A stretch of DNA of 64,000 bases from an uncultured virus (IMG/VR IMGVR_UViG_3300017758_004847) (Duplodnaviria; Heunggongvirae; Uroviricota; Caudoviricetes): IMG/VR virus record IMGVR_UViG_3300017758_004847. One strand, written 5' to 3'. A program made the translations under genes and the position numbers. Below the pieces are notes generated by a model. It did no database searches and had not been told where the DNA came from. It saw nothing but the letters and a program-made list of their open reading frames with translations. Positions 48,501 to 56,934 of the stretch are shown here, one piece after another (positions within the stretch are counted from its first letter, which is position 1; every line of letters starts with the position of its first letter).

Positions 48501-51500
48501 CATTACTTGTGTTAAATGTCACCCCTGTTGTAAATTCGTTCGTATCCGTGAATGAACTTATATAACCCGCCAATGAATGGTCACCCCATCCGTATGCCGT
48601 GTTCCAATTACTATCGTTGTAACCACTTGCGGTTAGTGTCCCTGTAATTTTTGTATTTGATGTTATCTCTAAACCTGAAGTTGCGGTTGGACTTATTCTA
48701 TAGTAATTACCGTTATGTGTAAAGGTTGTGTATTTACCATTATTGGCCTGACTATAGTGGTACATATTCATACCATTACTCGAATCACCTAAATAAAGGT
48801 GTCCTGTTCCGTTAGGATACAGTTTTAAGTTTGTATCTGTAGGTGTTGATATTTGTGTTGTTGTTAGTTCACCTACTGTAATTGTGTTAGAAGTACTTGA
48901 CCCTCTATCGGTTACACTATCTAATGTATCTGTTTCTGTGAATGAGGTTAGGTATCTACCGTCTAAGTCTACCGTGTATGTATCTCCACCATTCTTAGTA
49001 AAAGTAATTATACCGTTACTTGAATTGAAAGTTGCACCTGTTGTGTGAAGTACGGTGTCTACAGCGAACCCATTTACATCGACAGTACTACCATCTGATT
49101 TGGTAAGTGTTAATGTTTGACTACTATCGTCATATGTACCACTTGTGACTGTTACGTCAGATAATGTATCTAACAATGTAACTGTAAAGGTATCACCGTC
49201 ATTTCTTGTGAAGGTTAATACCGCATTACCACTATTAAATGTTGCACCCGTCACAAACTCATCCGTATTTACTACAGATTCAGTTGAAGTAGTTAAACCT
49301 GTGACATGTCCATTATCATCAAGTAATATATCTTGTATGTAAGTTCGACCACTATTGTTAGACGAAGATGCTGCGGATATATCCTCATGTTGAGTATACG
49401 TTTCTGTAAAACTTTTCAAATATCCTTCAACCGAGTGATCACCCCATCCATATGCGGTGTCCCAATTTGATATTTTACCGTTGGTGATTCCTGCTGATGG
49501 AGATGCCATAAATACAGGATCTGATTCAGTAAACGAAGTTAGGAATCGTCCGTCAATGTCAACCGTAAAGATATCACCATCATTTCTTGTGAAGGTTAAT
49601 ATACCATCACTTGTATTAAATGTCGCACCTGTTGTAAATTCATCTGAACTCACTAATGTTTCTGTGGCGGTAGTTATACCAGTAACATGACCATTACCAT
49701 CGAGTAGTATGTCTTGAATATATGTTCTCCCACTATTGTTGGAAGAACTTGCTGCAGATATATTTGGATGTGAAGTAAGGTACCCACCTAACGAATGGTC
49801 ACCCCATCCGTATGCCGTGTTCCAATTGGATCTATCATATCCTGTGATTGATGTAGTTCCATCAAAGAAATTACCTATTTCTGTTTCAGTATAATATCTA
49901 TCATCGTGATTGTGTGATGGTAAAGATGTTAGATAACCACCTAACGAATGATCACCCCATCCATATGCGGTATTCCAATTAGATATATTAGTTGATGTAA
50001 TCCCGTGAGCTACGTGAGCGGTAAACACAGGGTCTGTTTCAGTATAACTTGTTAAGAACCTACCGTCAATATCAACAGTGAAAGTATCACCATCATTTCT
50101 TGTAAACGTAATAACACCATTTGATGTATTAAATGTTGCTCCTGTAGTAAATTCGTCCGTATTAACAACAGATTCACTTGCAGTTGTAATTCCTGTTACG
50201 TGACCATTACCATCTAATAAAATATCTTGTATATATGTTCTTCCACTATTGTTTGAAGAACTCTCTGCATTTATGTTTGGATGTGAGGTTAGGTACCCAC
50301 CTAATGAGTGATCACCCCATCCATATGCGGTGTCCCAATTTGATATTTTAGTTGTGGTAACACCAAATGCTGCATGAGCGGTAAACACAGGATCTGTTTC
50401 TGTGAATGATGTTAGGAATCTACCATCTAAATCAACTGTATATGTATCCCCACCATTCTTAGTAAAAGTAACAACACCATCACTTGTATTAAATGTTGCT
50501 CCTGTAGTATGTAGGACTGTGTCAACTGCAAACCCCGTTATATCTATTGAACCTCCGTTTGATTTATTTAATGTTAACGTTTGACTACTATCGTTATAGG
50601 TACCTCCCGTAACATTTATGTCGGTTAGAGTTGAACTGATATCAAGTGTAAAAGTGTCCCCGTCGTTCCTTACAAATGTAATTATACCACTACTACCATT
50701 AAATGTTGCACCTGTGGTGTATTCATCATTGTACGAAGTTAGATATCCCGCTACTGAATGATCTCCCCATCCATATGCTGTATCCCAATTTGATATTTTA
50801 CCGTTGGTGATTCCTGCAGAAGGGGACGCTCCAAATATAGGATCTGTTTCTGTAAACGAAGTTAAATATCTCCCATCTAAATCAACTGTCCAACTGTTTC
50901 CGTCATTACGTGTTCCTGTAACAACACCATCACTTGAATTAAATGTTGCTCCTGTTGTATAATAATTATTTGTAGCAAAACTACCAGTTTTACTTTCAAT
51001 ATCATCTAATCTATCATCATGTGATCCACTTGTTACTTCTAATGAATCTAATCTGTTCCCATGTTGCAGTAATTTTGTTTTTTGTGATCCAGTTACTGTC
51101 TCTATCAGATCTAATCTATTATTTTGGGATGTATTAGTGGTTTCAAGACTACCAGTTTTAGTTTCTAAAGAACCTACTCTTCCACTTAGAGTTGATCTCT
51201 CACTTGCATTAGATGATGTATAATCATTAAAATCTGTTCTAAGTGTGGTAACATCACTATCAGTTGCGAATGTATCATCAATACTACCCGTAAATAACTC
51301 TATTAAGTCTAATCTACCATCAACTAAATTGTAATTTGTAGTGTTTGTGATATCGATTTGTACAGAACCACTAACAACTGTCTCAGTATTTAATTTGGAT
51401 TTTACCCCACCTAAAAAATGGTTAGATCCCGTTTCAAGTGTTAAACTCCTATTTGTATCAATAGTACCACCACCTATCAAACCTTTACCACTACCAATCG

Positions 51501-53394
51501 TAATAGTTGAGTGGTCAATATGTTCATTTGCTGAAAAGTTTGTGGTTGTATCGTGATCTATCTGTATAGAACTACTAATAACCGTTTCACTATTTAGTTT
51601 ATTTTTAATAGTTGTATCAATACTACTTGTAAAACTTTCAATTGAACCGCTTGTTGCCTCTAAACTTCCTAATCTACTATTTTGATTTGTGTTGGTGGTG
51701 TCGTTTGAGGAGGTGTACGTATTTAAATCATTTCTTAATGTGGTTACATCGGCATCACTTGCAAATGTAGCATCTAAACTACCTGTAAAGAGTTCTATTG
51801 AACTTAACCTACTATTTTGTGAGGTATCGGTGGTCTCTAAACTACCTGTTTTAGTCTCAATATTATCTAGTCTATTGTTTTGAGATGTATTTGTTGTGTC
51901 AAGACTACCAGTTTTAGTTTCTAAACTATCAACTCTTCCATCTAATGTAGAAATATCTGTTGTTAAACTACCTGTTTTTGTTTCGATGGAGTCAAGTCTA
52001 CCATCATGTGAACCAGATATTGTTTCTAATTCACCTATACGTGTATTATGTGAACCTGTAGTTGATTCAATCTCATTTAATCTTAATTTAACAGAACCAC
52101 TTTCATTTTCTAAAGAACCAATACTTGAATCTATTGTGGTTAAATCATCACTATTGAGTAAACGTTTTTCTGAACCTTTTAAACCACCCTTCCATTGATT
52201 ATCCCCCGTATCATATACAAGTGATCCTGATGTTGTACCAGGCGCTTCAGTGTCTCTAACTTCAATACCCGCATTGACTGCACCACTACCATTCAATGAA
52301 ATTATATTGTCTGCGATATCTACAGTGGTAGAATCTACCTTTGTTTCAGTACCTTTTACTAAAAGGTTCCCTTTAATAGTAACGTTTGACCCTGTAAACT
52401 GAATGCCCGTCTCAACGTCACTTTGAAAACTCTCTAAATTACCAATACTCGTGGCTTGTGAACCACTATTAGTTTCTAAACTTCCTAATCTACCATCCTG
52501 TGTAGTATTTTTAGTTTCTAAACTACCAGTCTTTATTTCAATAGAGTCTAATCTACCGTCCTGTGTAGTATTTTTAGTACTAAGACTTCCCGTGCTTGTT
52601 TCTAAATTATCTAACCTACCATCAAATGACCCTGTCGTTGTATCAAAGGTACTTTTAAACGTACCAATCTCCACACCATCAACATTTCCTGTCAAACTTA
52701 TACTACCTGTGATTATTACACCATTTCCAAAAACTATTGAATTACCATCAGATGATAAAATTTTATTACCTGCAGTAATCTGTATGGGGGCATCTAATTC
52801 AATATTACCCGTACCTGAAGATGATAGTGTTATGTCACCATTTTCCGATTGTAGGGTTATAGTATCAGACCCTTCCTCTAAAATCTTGATTGATTCACCA
52901 TTATCAGTTGTAATTCTTAGTTCCGTACCTGTGGTTGAAATTACTTGTTGTCCATTAATGTATAATGATCCTGAAGATAGGTATAGGTCTCTCCATTGTT
53001 TTGAAGGTGACCCTAAATCAATTGTGTCTGTTAGTTTGGGGATTATTGATACATTTGTTACTAATTCGGTTGACGATATTGATGCTGTTGCTGTACTACT
53101 TGCAAGACTATCTAAACTTAAACCTGTGACCGCTGTAGCGGGTATATCAGTAAGTTCGGAACCATCTCCACTAAAGGAACCAGTGAACGAACCCGTCCCA
53201 ACACTCGCGGTGAATATTTCGTAACTTGATGTTAAAACGTAACTTGCGGCGTGTGATGCGCTTGTTGCTGTCTCCACCGAACCATTAATCTGTGCGGTAC
53301 CATAAATTGTACCTCCCACGGTTAAATCTCCCTGAATATCTGCTGAGGAGGAAACGGACAGGGAACCCGTTATATGTGGATCATATATTTTCAT
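42553..53394 (-). CDS. Giant repetitive tail-fibre/adhesin protein (3613 aa)
   Basis: Coiled-coil RL..LE..TGS repeats, 18 AYGWG[DN]H repeats, TGATFN..GV.TF repeats, SNNSGRTYIQDILLD repeats, HNHDDRYYTE motifs, LDG.D/FLRSD fibre motifs. Confidence 0.85.
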   Translation of the reverse strand: MKIYDPHITGSLSVSSSADIQGDLTVGGTIYGTAQINGSVETATSASHAASYVLTSSYEIFTASVGTGSFTGSFSGDGSELTDIPATAVTGLSLDSLASSTATASISSTELVTNVSIIPKLTDTIDLGSPSKQWRDLYLSSGSLYINGQQVISTTGTELRITTDNGESIKILEEGSDTITLQSENGDITLSSSGTGNIELDAPIQITAGNKILSSDGNSIVFGNGVIITGSISLTGNVDGVEIGTFKSTFDTTTGSFDGRLDNLETSTGSLSTKNTTQDGRLDSIEIKTGSLETKNTTQDGRLGSLETNSGSQATSIGNLESFQSDVETGIQFTGSNVTIKGNLLVKGTETKVDSTTVDIADNIISLNGSGAVNAGIEVRDTEAPGTTSGSLVYDTGDNQWKGGLKGSEKRLLNSDDLTTIDSSIGSLENESGSVKLRLNEIESTTGSHNTRIGELETISGSHDGRLDSIETKTGSLTTDISTLDGRVDSLETKTGSLDTTNTSQNNRLDNIETKTGSLETTDTSQNSRLSSIELFTGSLDATFASDADVTTLRNDLNTYTSSNDTTNTNQNSRLGSLEATSGSIESFTSSIDTTIKNKLNSETVISSSIQIDHDTTTNFSANEHIDHSTITIGSGKGLIGGGTIDTNRSLTLETGSNHFLGGVKSKLNTETVVSGSVQIDITNTTNYNLVDGRLDLIELFTGSIDDTFATDSDVTTLRTDFNDYTSSNASERSTLSGRVGSLETKTGSLETTNTSQNNRLDLIETVTGSQKTKLLQHGNRLDSLEVTSGSHDDRLDDIESKTGSFATNNYYTTGATFNSSDGVVTGTRNDGNSWTVDLDGRYLTSFTETDPIFGASPSAGITNGKISNWDTAYGWGDHSVAGYLTSYNDEYTTGATFNGSSGIITFVRNDGDTFTLDISSTLTDINVTGGTYNDSSQTLTLNKSNGGSIDITGFAVDTVLHTTGATFNTSDGVVTFTKNGGDTYTVDLDGRFLTSFTETDPVFTAHAAFGVTTTKISNWDTAYGWGDHSLGGYLTSHPNINAESSSNNSGRTYIQDILLDGNGHVTGITTASESVVNTDEFTTGATFNTSNGVITFTRNDGDTFTVDIDGRFLTSYTETDPVFTAHVAHGITSTNISNWNTAYGWGDHSLGGYLTSLPSHNHDDRYYTETEIGNFFDGTTSITGYDRSNWNTAYGWGDHSLGGYLTSHPNISAASSSNNSGRTYIQDILLDGNGHVTGITTATETLVSSDEFTTGATFNTSDGILTFTRNDGDIFTVDIDGRFLTSFTESDPVFMASPSAGITNGKISNWDTAYGWGDHSVEGYLKSFTETYTQHEDISAASSSNNSGRTYIQDILLDDNGHVTGLTTSTESVVNTDEFVTGATFNSGNAVLTFTRNDGDTFTVTLLDTLSDVTVTSGTYDDSSQTLTLTKSDGSTVDVNGFAVDTVLHTTGATFNSSNGIITFTKNGGDTYTVDLDGRYLTSFTETDTLDSVTDRGSSTSNTITVGELTTTQISTPTDTNLKLYPNGTGHLYLGDSSNGMNMYHYSQANNGKYTTFTHNGNYYRISPTATSGLEITSNTKITGTLTASGYNDSNWNTAYGWGDHSLAGYISSFTDTNEFTTGVTFNTSNGVLTFTRNNGGDTFTVDLDGRFLTSFTETDPVFTAHAAFGVTTTKISNWDTAYGWGDHSLAGYISSFTDTNEFVTGATFNTSDGKITFTRNNGGDTFNVDLDGRFLTSFTESDPIFTAHAAFGVTTTKISNWDTAYGWGDHSVAGYLTSYSETDTLSTVTARGRRTHSNGSDIWNATTPGLGEGNIHLMSVSNDHAGGAITFNASDANSAQAGIYVKSDGSYGTKMYIATTDSYATGSKTAISIDHNGLVNVTRGNNRLQVNGNRVHHAGDFTTTDVANGVTAYGWGDHSQAGYISSFTNTNEFTTGATFNTSNGVVTFTRNNGGDTFNVDLDGRYLTSFTETYTQHDNISAASSSNNSGRTYIQDILLDSNGHVTGLTTATETVTDSGNDNDIDYISGATFNSSTGVITGVGTGNAGFTVDIDGRFLPLAGGTLTGDLTIPDYINHTGDSGTKFGFSDDETFAVVSGGSVRLTINDVDATFAGNIGIGDNMGSPSHPLDVKGADTDNSTIARFYSNTGARGSFIIRNGSGVNPTTFIGTAGGSEQLSIGTNNTEAIRLDASQNTRFAGIVAVNAGKSFRLYNAASNGWGEITLNETDNKIQFNRGVQPSGDNQSDQLLGTSSKRWYQVHAGTFYGDGGNSTNWNTAYGWGDHSLAGYISSFTDTNEFVTGATFDGNTGIVTFTRNNGGDTFNVDISSTLTDINVTGGTYNDANQTLTLNKSNGGSVDVTGFAVDTVLHTTGATFNSSNGIITFTKNGGATYTVDIDGRYAETAHNHKFLLGSTANEGSGGMQNWNSQESTLDLNPTTDWYTSLRIGHGDPVSYYSNTLAIQMTGGDAGRMYIRTVANGSKQTWKKYWHDGDFSSTNISNWNTAYGWGDHSQAGYISSFTDTNEFTTGATFNSGNGVITFTRNNGGDTFTVDIDGRYLTSFTESDPVFSASAAGGISSSDITNWDAAYGWGDHSQAGYLTSSSTQSKYLRSDANDTTTGALTIGGSIDSGGTDMGYYQSAGTNIVLKGDSVGRSGIFFESEKDGANINDPSDYGFIQFHSYGYGNTTGESAAMVIGVSNDAADKLILQAPYNGGVMIGYKDATSGVDLTLSEVIHSNASSYNDGNWNTAYGWGDHASGGYAADNSVVKLTGNQSISGTKKFSNSSLVIEGSHGTISFMDTSSEDNFYIHVNSNNFYVLADRDGSDTIDGGYETPHPLQLEGDTNTAYVFGSALNISNWNTAYGWGNHASGGYLTSLPSHNHDDRYYTESEMKTYFDRGYIDSFSQSNLAVGWYTIATNTGDRALGEFQIWDTASSDHQSVLFSASHHFGTDTSNDITVTANSRYSGTNFRYIRIKDHDTYAGAALQVYVDADSNSVYAAIVGGNAQTAGWVLKNWVADASDPGDVSNWSSFGERAKVDLDLTVNGGIITTGEIYAGSQTTQNKVYHSGNFTDSSTNWNTAYGWGDHSVAGYITSPDGGNATTLDTLDSTQFLRSDTADTFTGTITMGTQHALVANNYGRGVYGLYSSTKYQHVWSMGTAYNLSDDGSTSGNLYGISFTHTNVGGQSKSGLDHQMLIMRNGTTVSAIGAGIWTDGTITTTSHGNSSQWNTAYGWGDHSVAGYTSNTGTLTDTNDRNYITDSRGSARAPSYYDDRYAQWDFQNTSDTGVGGDGWHSLLTVSKWASFDASHRQEQLIFSGDHLWRRTATSDSAWGTNKKIWDSGNLTNNSSNWDTAYGWGNHASGGYLSTSGKAADSNLLDGIDLHTGRNNEANKVVRTDVNGYIQAGWINTTSGDNGTNSISRIYASGDGYIRYYSPTNFINTLGIVTTTGYNKSNWDTAYGWGDHSQAGYITSSASNPYQETTVTYTAAQINNGFGGNGTTIISAPGSGKFVVIYETSYLIKNNFRHSGASAIELRQPGSPGAVTISKLPYSNWQQASSAGGDVIYERDVPINGRTYGNNLATTIHRTSGTIGSGFNSISIKIRYRVFDSSNF

Positions 53395-53421
53395 ATAAAA
53401 GTAGTTTTCTATTTACTATAG

Positions 53422-53428
53422 ATAAATA
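53422..53428 (-). promoter_or_regulatory. TATTTAT putative late-promoter motif (representative copy)
   Basis: The same motif precedes genes at 6954, 7083, 14409, 22617, 22916, 26828, 28183, 32189 and 53394. Confidence 0.55.
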
Positions 53429-53448
53429 CTTTGTAATTCAATAGTGAG

Positions 53449-53655
53449 TTAAATTTTGGTGTGTTTACTACCGATTTTATTCCAAAATCTTTCAAAACCG
53501 AAGTATCCTAATGTTTTAATTACTGTATCGGCACCTCCGATCGCCAAACCAAATTGGAAATTACCACTTATATACCAACCGATACCTATTGTTATTGTGG
53601 TTGCGATAACTCTCCATATGAATGTTTTTATTAGCGTCTCTTTAATTGTTACCAT
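53449..53655 (-). CDS. DUF2061-family membrane protein
   Basis: KT..WR.IAT..T......G.....AIG......K...Y...ER.W. Confidence 0.85.
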   Translation of the reverse strand: MVTIKETLIKTFIWRVIATTITIGIGWYISGNFQFGLAIGGADTVIKTLGYFGFERFWNKIGSKHTKI

Positions 53656-53977
53656 CCCTAATTTTTGTTCCTGATATTTCTTTTATGTCTTCAGGGGGAA
53701 AATGTTCAATAACCTCGTATCCAACACCTCTACCATAATTTATAGATTCTATGTCTGGTATGATAGAAATATGTAATTTATCTGTATTATCCTTAATAAA
53801 AGGTACTTCCATTAGACTCATCATTACTTCATGAGCACTCTTAGGATTATTTGGACCAACTTCAACGTCCCTAATTGCAATCCAAACCTTATTACCTTTG
53901 TCTAATTGTTGTCTAATCAACCATTCGTGTCCATTATGCCATGTCTGCCATCGGCCGATATATAAATTATACTTCAT
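53642..53977 (-). CDS. HxGH-type nucleotidyltransferase (cytidylyltransferase-like)
   Basis: IGRWQTWHNGH, YGRGVGY, ISGTKIR. Confidence 0.8.
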   Translation of the reverse strand: MKYNLYIGRWQTWHNGHEWLIRQQLDKGNKVWIAIRDVEVGPNNPKSAHEVMMSLMEVPFIKDNTDKLHISIIPDIESINYGRGVGYEVIEHFPPEDIKEISGTKIRDGNN

Positions 53978-54437
53978 AAATTTTATTTTTTAATGTTGTT
54001 AATATTTCTACTATAGATTCTTCGGGTGTGACATCTGTAGTATCCATGTTTATAAAATTATCTTTGGGTGATTGATAGTCATCTGACTTAAAATGGTCCC
54101 TTTCTCTTTTTTCAGAAGTGTGTACATATATTTCAACTATCTTATTACCTAATAATTTTTTAAATTGTTCTCTTTGGTCTATATATGGTGAAACTAATGA
54201 TACAATAGTATCATCACCCTTAGTTTGTAGATAATGTGATATTTTTTGTACTATATCAACGTTATATCTACGTCCTTTCTCACTATAGTCTTTGTTTTGG
54301 AATAATTCCCTTACATTATCCCCATCTAATTGTTCTACTTTATAAGTAAACATCCTATCTCTTTCTAATTCTTTCTTTAGGAGATTTGATAGTGTAGTTT
54401 TACCTGAACCAGGTTGTCCTGTGAACCAATATATCAT
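53967..54437 (-). CDS. cysC: Adenylylsulfate (APS) kinase
   Basis: WFTGQPGSGKTT, LDGDNVR, YS..GR..N, VSPY...R. Confidence 0.9.
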   Translation of the reverse strand: MIYWFTGQPGSGKTTLSNLLKKELERDRMFTYKVEQLDGDNVRELFQNKDYSEKGRRYNVDIVQKISHYLQTKGDDTIVSLVSPYIDQREQFKKLLGNKIVEIYVHTSEKRERDHFKSDDYQSPKDNFINMDTTDVTPEESIVEILTTLKNKIYEV

Positions 54438-54438
54438 A

Positions 54439-55197
54439 TTAAATTAATTTTCTTTTTTTTATTTTTTCCCCATTTAAAAATGGAATTATTACATTATTTA
54501 CAAAAAATTTGTGACCATCTTCATGTGGGTGGTGTCCACCATCACTCGGCATACCTTGAGGATAATTCTCTCTAACATATTCATAACAACCTTTTATTGG
54601 TAAATAATTATTAAAATCTATTAAATCGTATAGGTATTTTATCTCAGGATTATCAAGGAAATGTTCCCCATATTTGTTAAAGATATCCATGTATGTGGTC
54701 ATAAAATATTTAACCCCTTTTTCTTTCAGAAACCATTGAGTTAAGAGTATAGACTGTAATGTACTGACAACCGCACCGATATTTGAATGAAAATATTTAT
54801 AATGTGACTCCATAAGGGGGTGTGGATCATCTAATCCACCCCAACCAGGATTTATCAAATACCATTTTTTATCCTTAACCACATTGGTTGGGTTATGTAT
54901 TGAATTAACATGACCATTATTACCCCAATTAGAACTTTTATAATTGTTTTCACTATGAAAATCAAATCGGTCAATACCACTCCACATTATACCAACTAAA
55001 AGATCTTCAGGTTTATATTTTTCAAGTGACTCTGTAACCGCATAGATTAATTTTTTTGATATCAATCCATTACCTTGTGAACCCATACCTACATTGGTAA
55101 TATCATTCAACTCTAAACCGTAATGTTCTCCTAAAAACTTTGGCCAATTCCAATCTTCAAATGTAAAACTACATCCTGACACTACTAATCTTTTCAT
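54439..55197 (-). CDS. SGNH-like protein
   Basis: SGCSFT, NVG.GSQGN, MWSG..R, HP...GH. Confidence 0.7.
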   Translation of the reverse strand: MKRLVVSGCSFTFEDWNWPKFLGEHYGLELNDITNVGMGSQGNGLISKKLIYAVTESLEKYKPEDLLVGIMWSGIDRFDFHSENNYKSSNWGNNGHVNSIHNPTNVVKDKKWYLINPGWGGLDDPHPLMESHYKYFHSNIGAVVSTLQSILLTQWFLKEKGVKYFMTTYMDIFNKYGEHFLDNPEIKYLYDLIDFNNYLPIKGCYEYVRENYPQGMPSDGGHHPHEDGHKFFVNNVIIPFLNGEKIKKRKLI

Positions 55198-56486
55198 ATT
55201 AATCCTGTTTTAAGTTTGAAGTCGAAACCAGTTAACTCAGTATATAATTTTTCACCACCCGATATTAACGGTAAATCCAAATCAGAATATTTTGATTCAT
55301 AATACTTATGGATATTTCGAATACCCTCGTCACCAATCTCAGACCTTAATTTGTCTATGATTATTGCCTGTATTATATCGTACCACTTTAGATAACTCGT
55401 GTGTAGAAATCCATTGAAATCTTCATCAAAATAGTTTTTTACATCACCCGCATCTTTTATTACTATTTTTCTAAATTTATTATTATGAGTTTCTTCTTTG
55501 AAATTCTTAAACTTAGAAAGTTTTGTTATTGTACTTTCATCACAACAATCACACTTAAAATGTTTTTGGTTAAGGACACTTAATCTAAATGGGTATGATA
55601 TCTTAGTATAGTCAGCATTATTGTTATCGGGGTCTATCTGCATCATAGGATTATGTTCAAAAAGAACATGATCGTCTTTTTTATTAGATTTCTTATATTG
55701 GGAATTCAACATCCTAAGATGTACGTGTAACATCAACTGTTCTATATAACAAGGACCATATTCTTCTTTATCTATTTTACTTTTATTTTCTTCGTAATGT
55801 TTTAAAGTTTCTTGACAAACTTTTTGAAATGTTTCCGTGTCTTTTACAAAAACAATATTCATATTTGGTATAGATGGGAAATGTGTATTATCAAAAACTT
55901 TGTTATCTATTTTTTCCATAAGATCAAAAAATAGTTTACTGTATGTTTTATCCATATAAACAAAACTCTCTTTTGTGTCAATATCAGTGAGTGTTAATTC
56001 AGGTAATTGATTTATCGTTTTTGAAACCATTGATTTGAAAGGATAGTCACTATCATGGTCTTGTCCTTTTGGGATTCTACAAAAATAATATTTGTAGAGT
56101 TCTTCCATGATTTGATCTTTTTTATATCCATTTGGTAAGGACATATCTATGTGACTAAATAGAAAATCCTGTTGGTATGTATCAAAATCGATCTTATCAA
56201 ACATTAAAGTATCGGTATCAATGTGTAGAAATGGTTCTGTGATAGATTCATAAACTTTCAATTTTGGGATACTCCATGTGTCCATATCACTTTTCTTAAC
56301 CACGTTATAATTAAGTGTGTCATATGGTAACCCCATTTCCCTCATTTGGTCACACGCTTTCTCATCACCATAGAACGAGATATTACCATAATGTTTTTTC
56401 GCCAACAAAAGACTGAGGTATTGTACATACAATAACTCTTTCCAAATTAAATCATGTTTATCTATATATGTGTGAACTACCTTCAT
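55194..56486 (-). CDS. DUF6734-like/GT-A-type protein
   Basis: WS.PKL..Y, PFLHIDTD (DxD), N..I, IEQ. Confidence 0.65.
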   Translation of the reverse strand: MKVVHTYIDKHDLIWKELLYVQYLSLLLAKKHYGNISFYGDEKACDQMREMGLPYDTLNYNVVKKSDMDTWSIPKLKVYESITEPFLHIDTDTLMFDKIDFDTYQQDFLFSHIDMSLPNGYKKDQIMEELYKYYFCRIPKGQDHDSDYPFKSMVSKTINQLPELTLTDIDTKESFVYMDKTYSKLFFDLMEKIDNKVFDNTHFPSIPNMNIVFVKDTETFQKVCQETLKHYEENKSKIDKEEYGPCYIEQLMLHVHLRMLNSQYKKSNKKDDHVLFEHNPMMQIDPDNNNADYTKISYPFRLSVLNQKHFKCDCCDESTITKLSKFKNFKEETHNNKFRKIVIKDAGDVKNYFDEDFNGFLHTSYLKWYDIIQAIIIDKLRSEIGDEGIRNIHKYYESKYSDLDLPLISGGEKLYTELTGFDFKLKTGLI

Positions 56487-56487
56487 A

Positions 56488-56607
56488 TTAATGTTTGTAA
56501 ATAAATGGGTCTCTTTTTTTCAATTCCTCCATTTTTTTCTTGAACTCCTTTTCTTTACGTTTTTTATCTTTTCGTTCTTTAAACCAACGAACTATCTTTC
56601 CAATCAT
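56488..56607 (-). CDS. Small basic protein ending RDPFIYKH (39 aa, not in ORF track)
   Basis: MIGKIVRWFKERKDKKRKEKEFKKKMEELKKRDPFIYKH. Confidence 0.65.
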   Translation of the reverse strand: MIGKIVRWFKERKDKKRKEKEFKKKMEELKKRDPFIYKH

Positions 56608-56637
56608 GTTTTAAATTTTTTTACTTTCACTATAGTA

Positions 56638-56931
56638 TTATTTTCCTATTTCATCTTTAAACATTACTTTAAAGGTTCTCAACATATAAAATACTTTATG
56701 TGCCAATGCGACAGTAATTGATAGACCTATTCCACCTAAAAATAATCTTATATCAGTTATAAAAGTTTTACCAATAGCAGCATAACCAATAGTCATAAAA
56801 GTATCTAAACCTATCATTACAGGAACCATCCCCAATATATTTTTTGGAAATAATTTGCACAACTCAACCACTATATAATTAACTAATATTAGTAACACCA
56901 ATAATACTAATCCTAATAAAAAATCTCCCAT
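56638..56931 (-). CDS. Membrane protein
   Basis: Three hydrophobic helices. Confidence 0.65.
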   Translation of the reverse strand: MGDFLLGLVLLVLLILVNYIVVELCKLFPKNILGMVPVMIGLDTFMTIGYAAIGKTFITDIRLFLGGIGLSITVALAHKVFYMLRTFKVMFKDEIGK

Positions 56932-56934
56932 ATT

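Noticed and set aside
46175..53224. Plus-strand ORFs inside the fibre gene (e.g. 52451-53224)
   Set aside because: Antisense shadows caused by the codon bias of the repetitive fibre gene
42553..53394. Diversity-generating retroelement or invertase shufflon acting on the fibre
   Set aside because: No reverse transcriptase, recombinase, template repeat or inverted cassettes seen in the window
56491..56721. 76-aa plus-strand ORF and a TATTTA-like motif near 56500
   Set aside because: Both are explained by the minus-strand 39-aa RDPFIYKH gene and its neighbour
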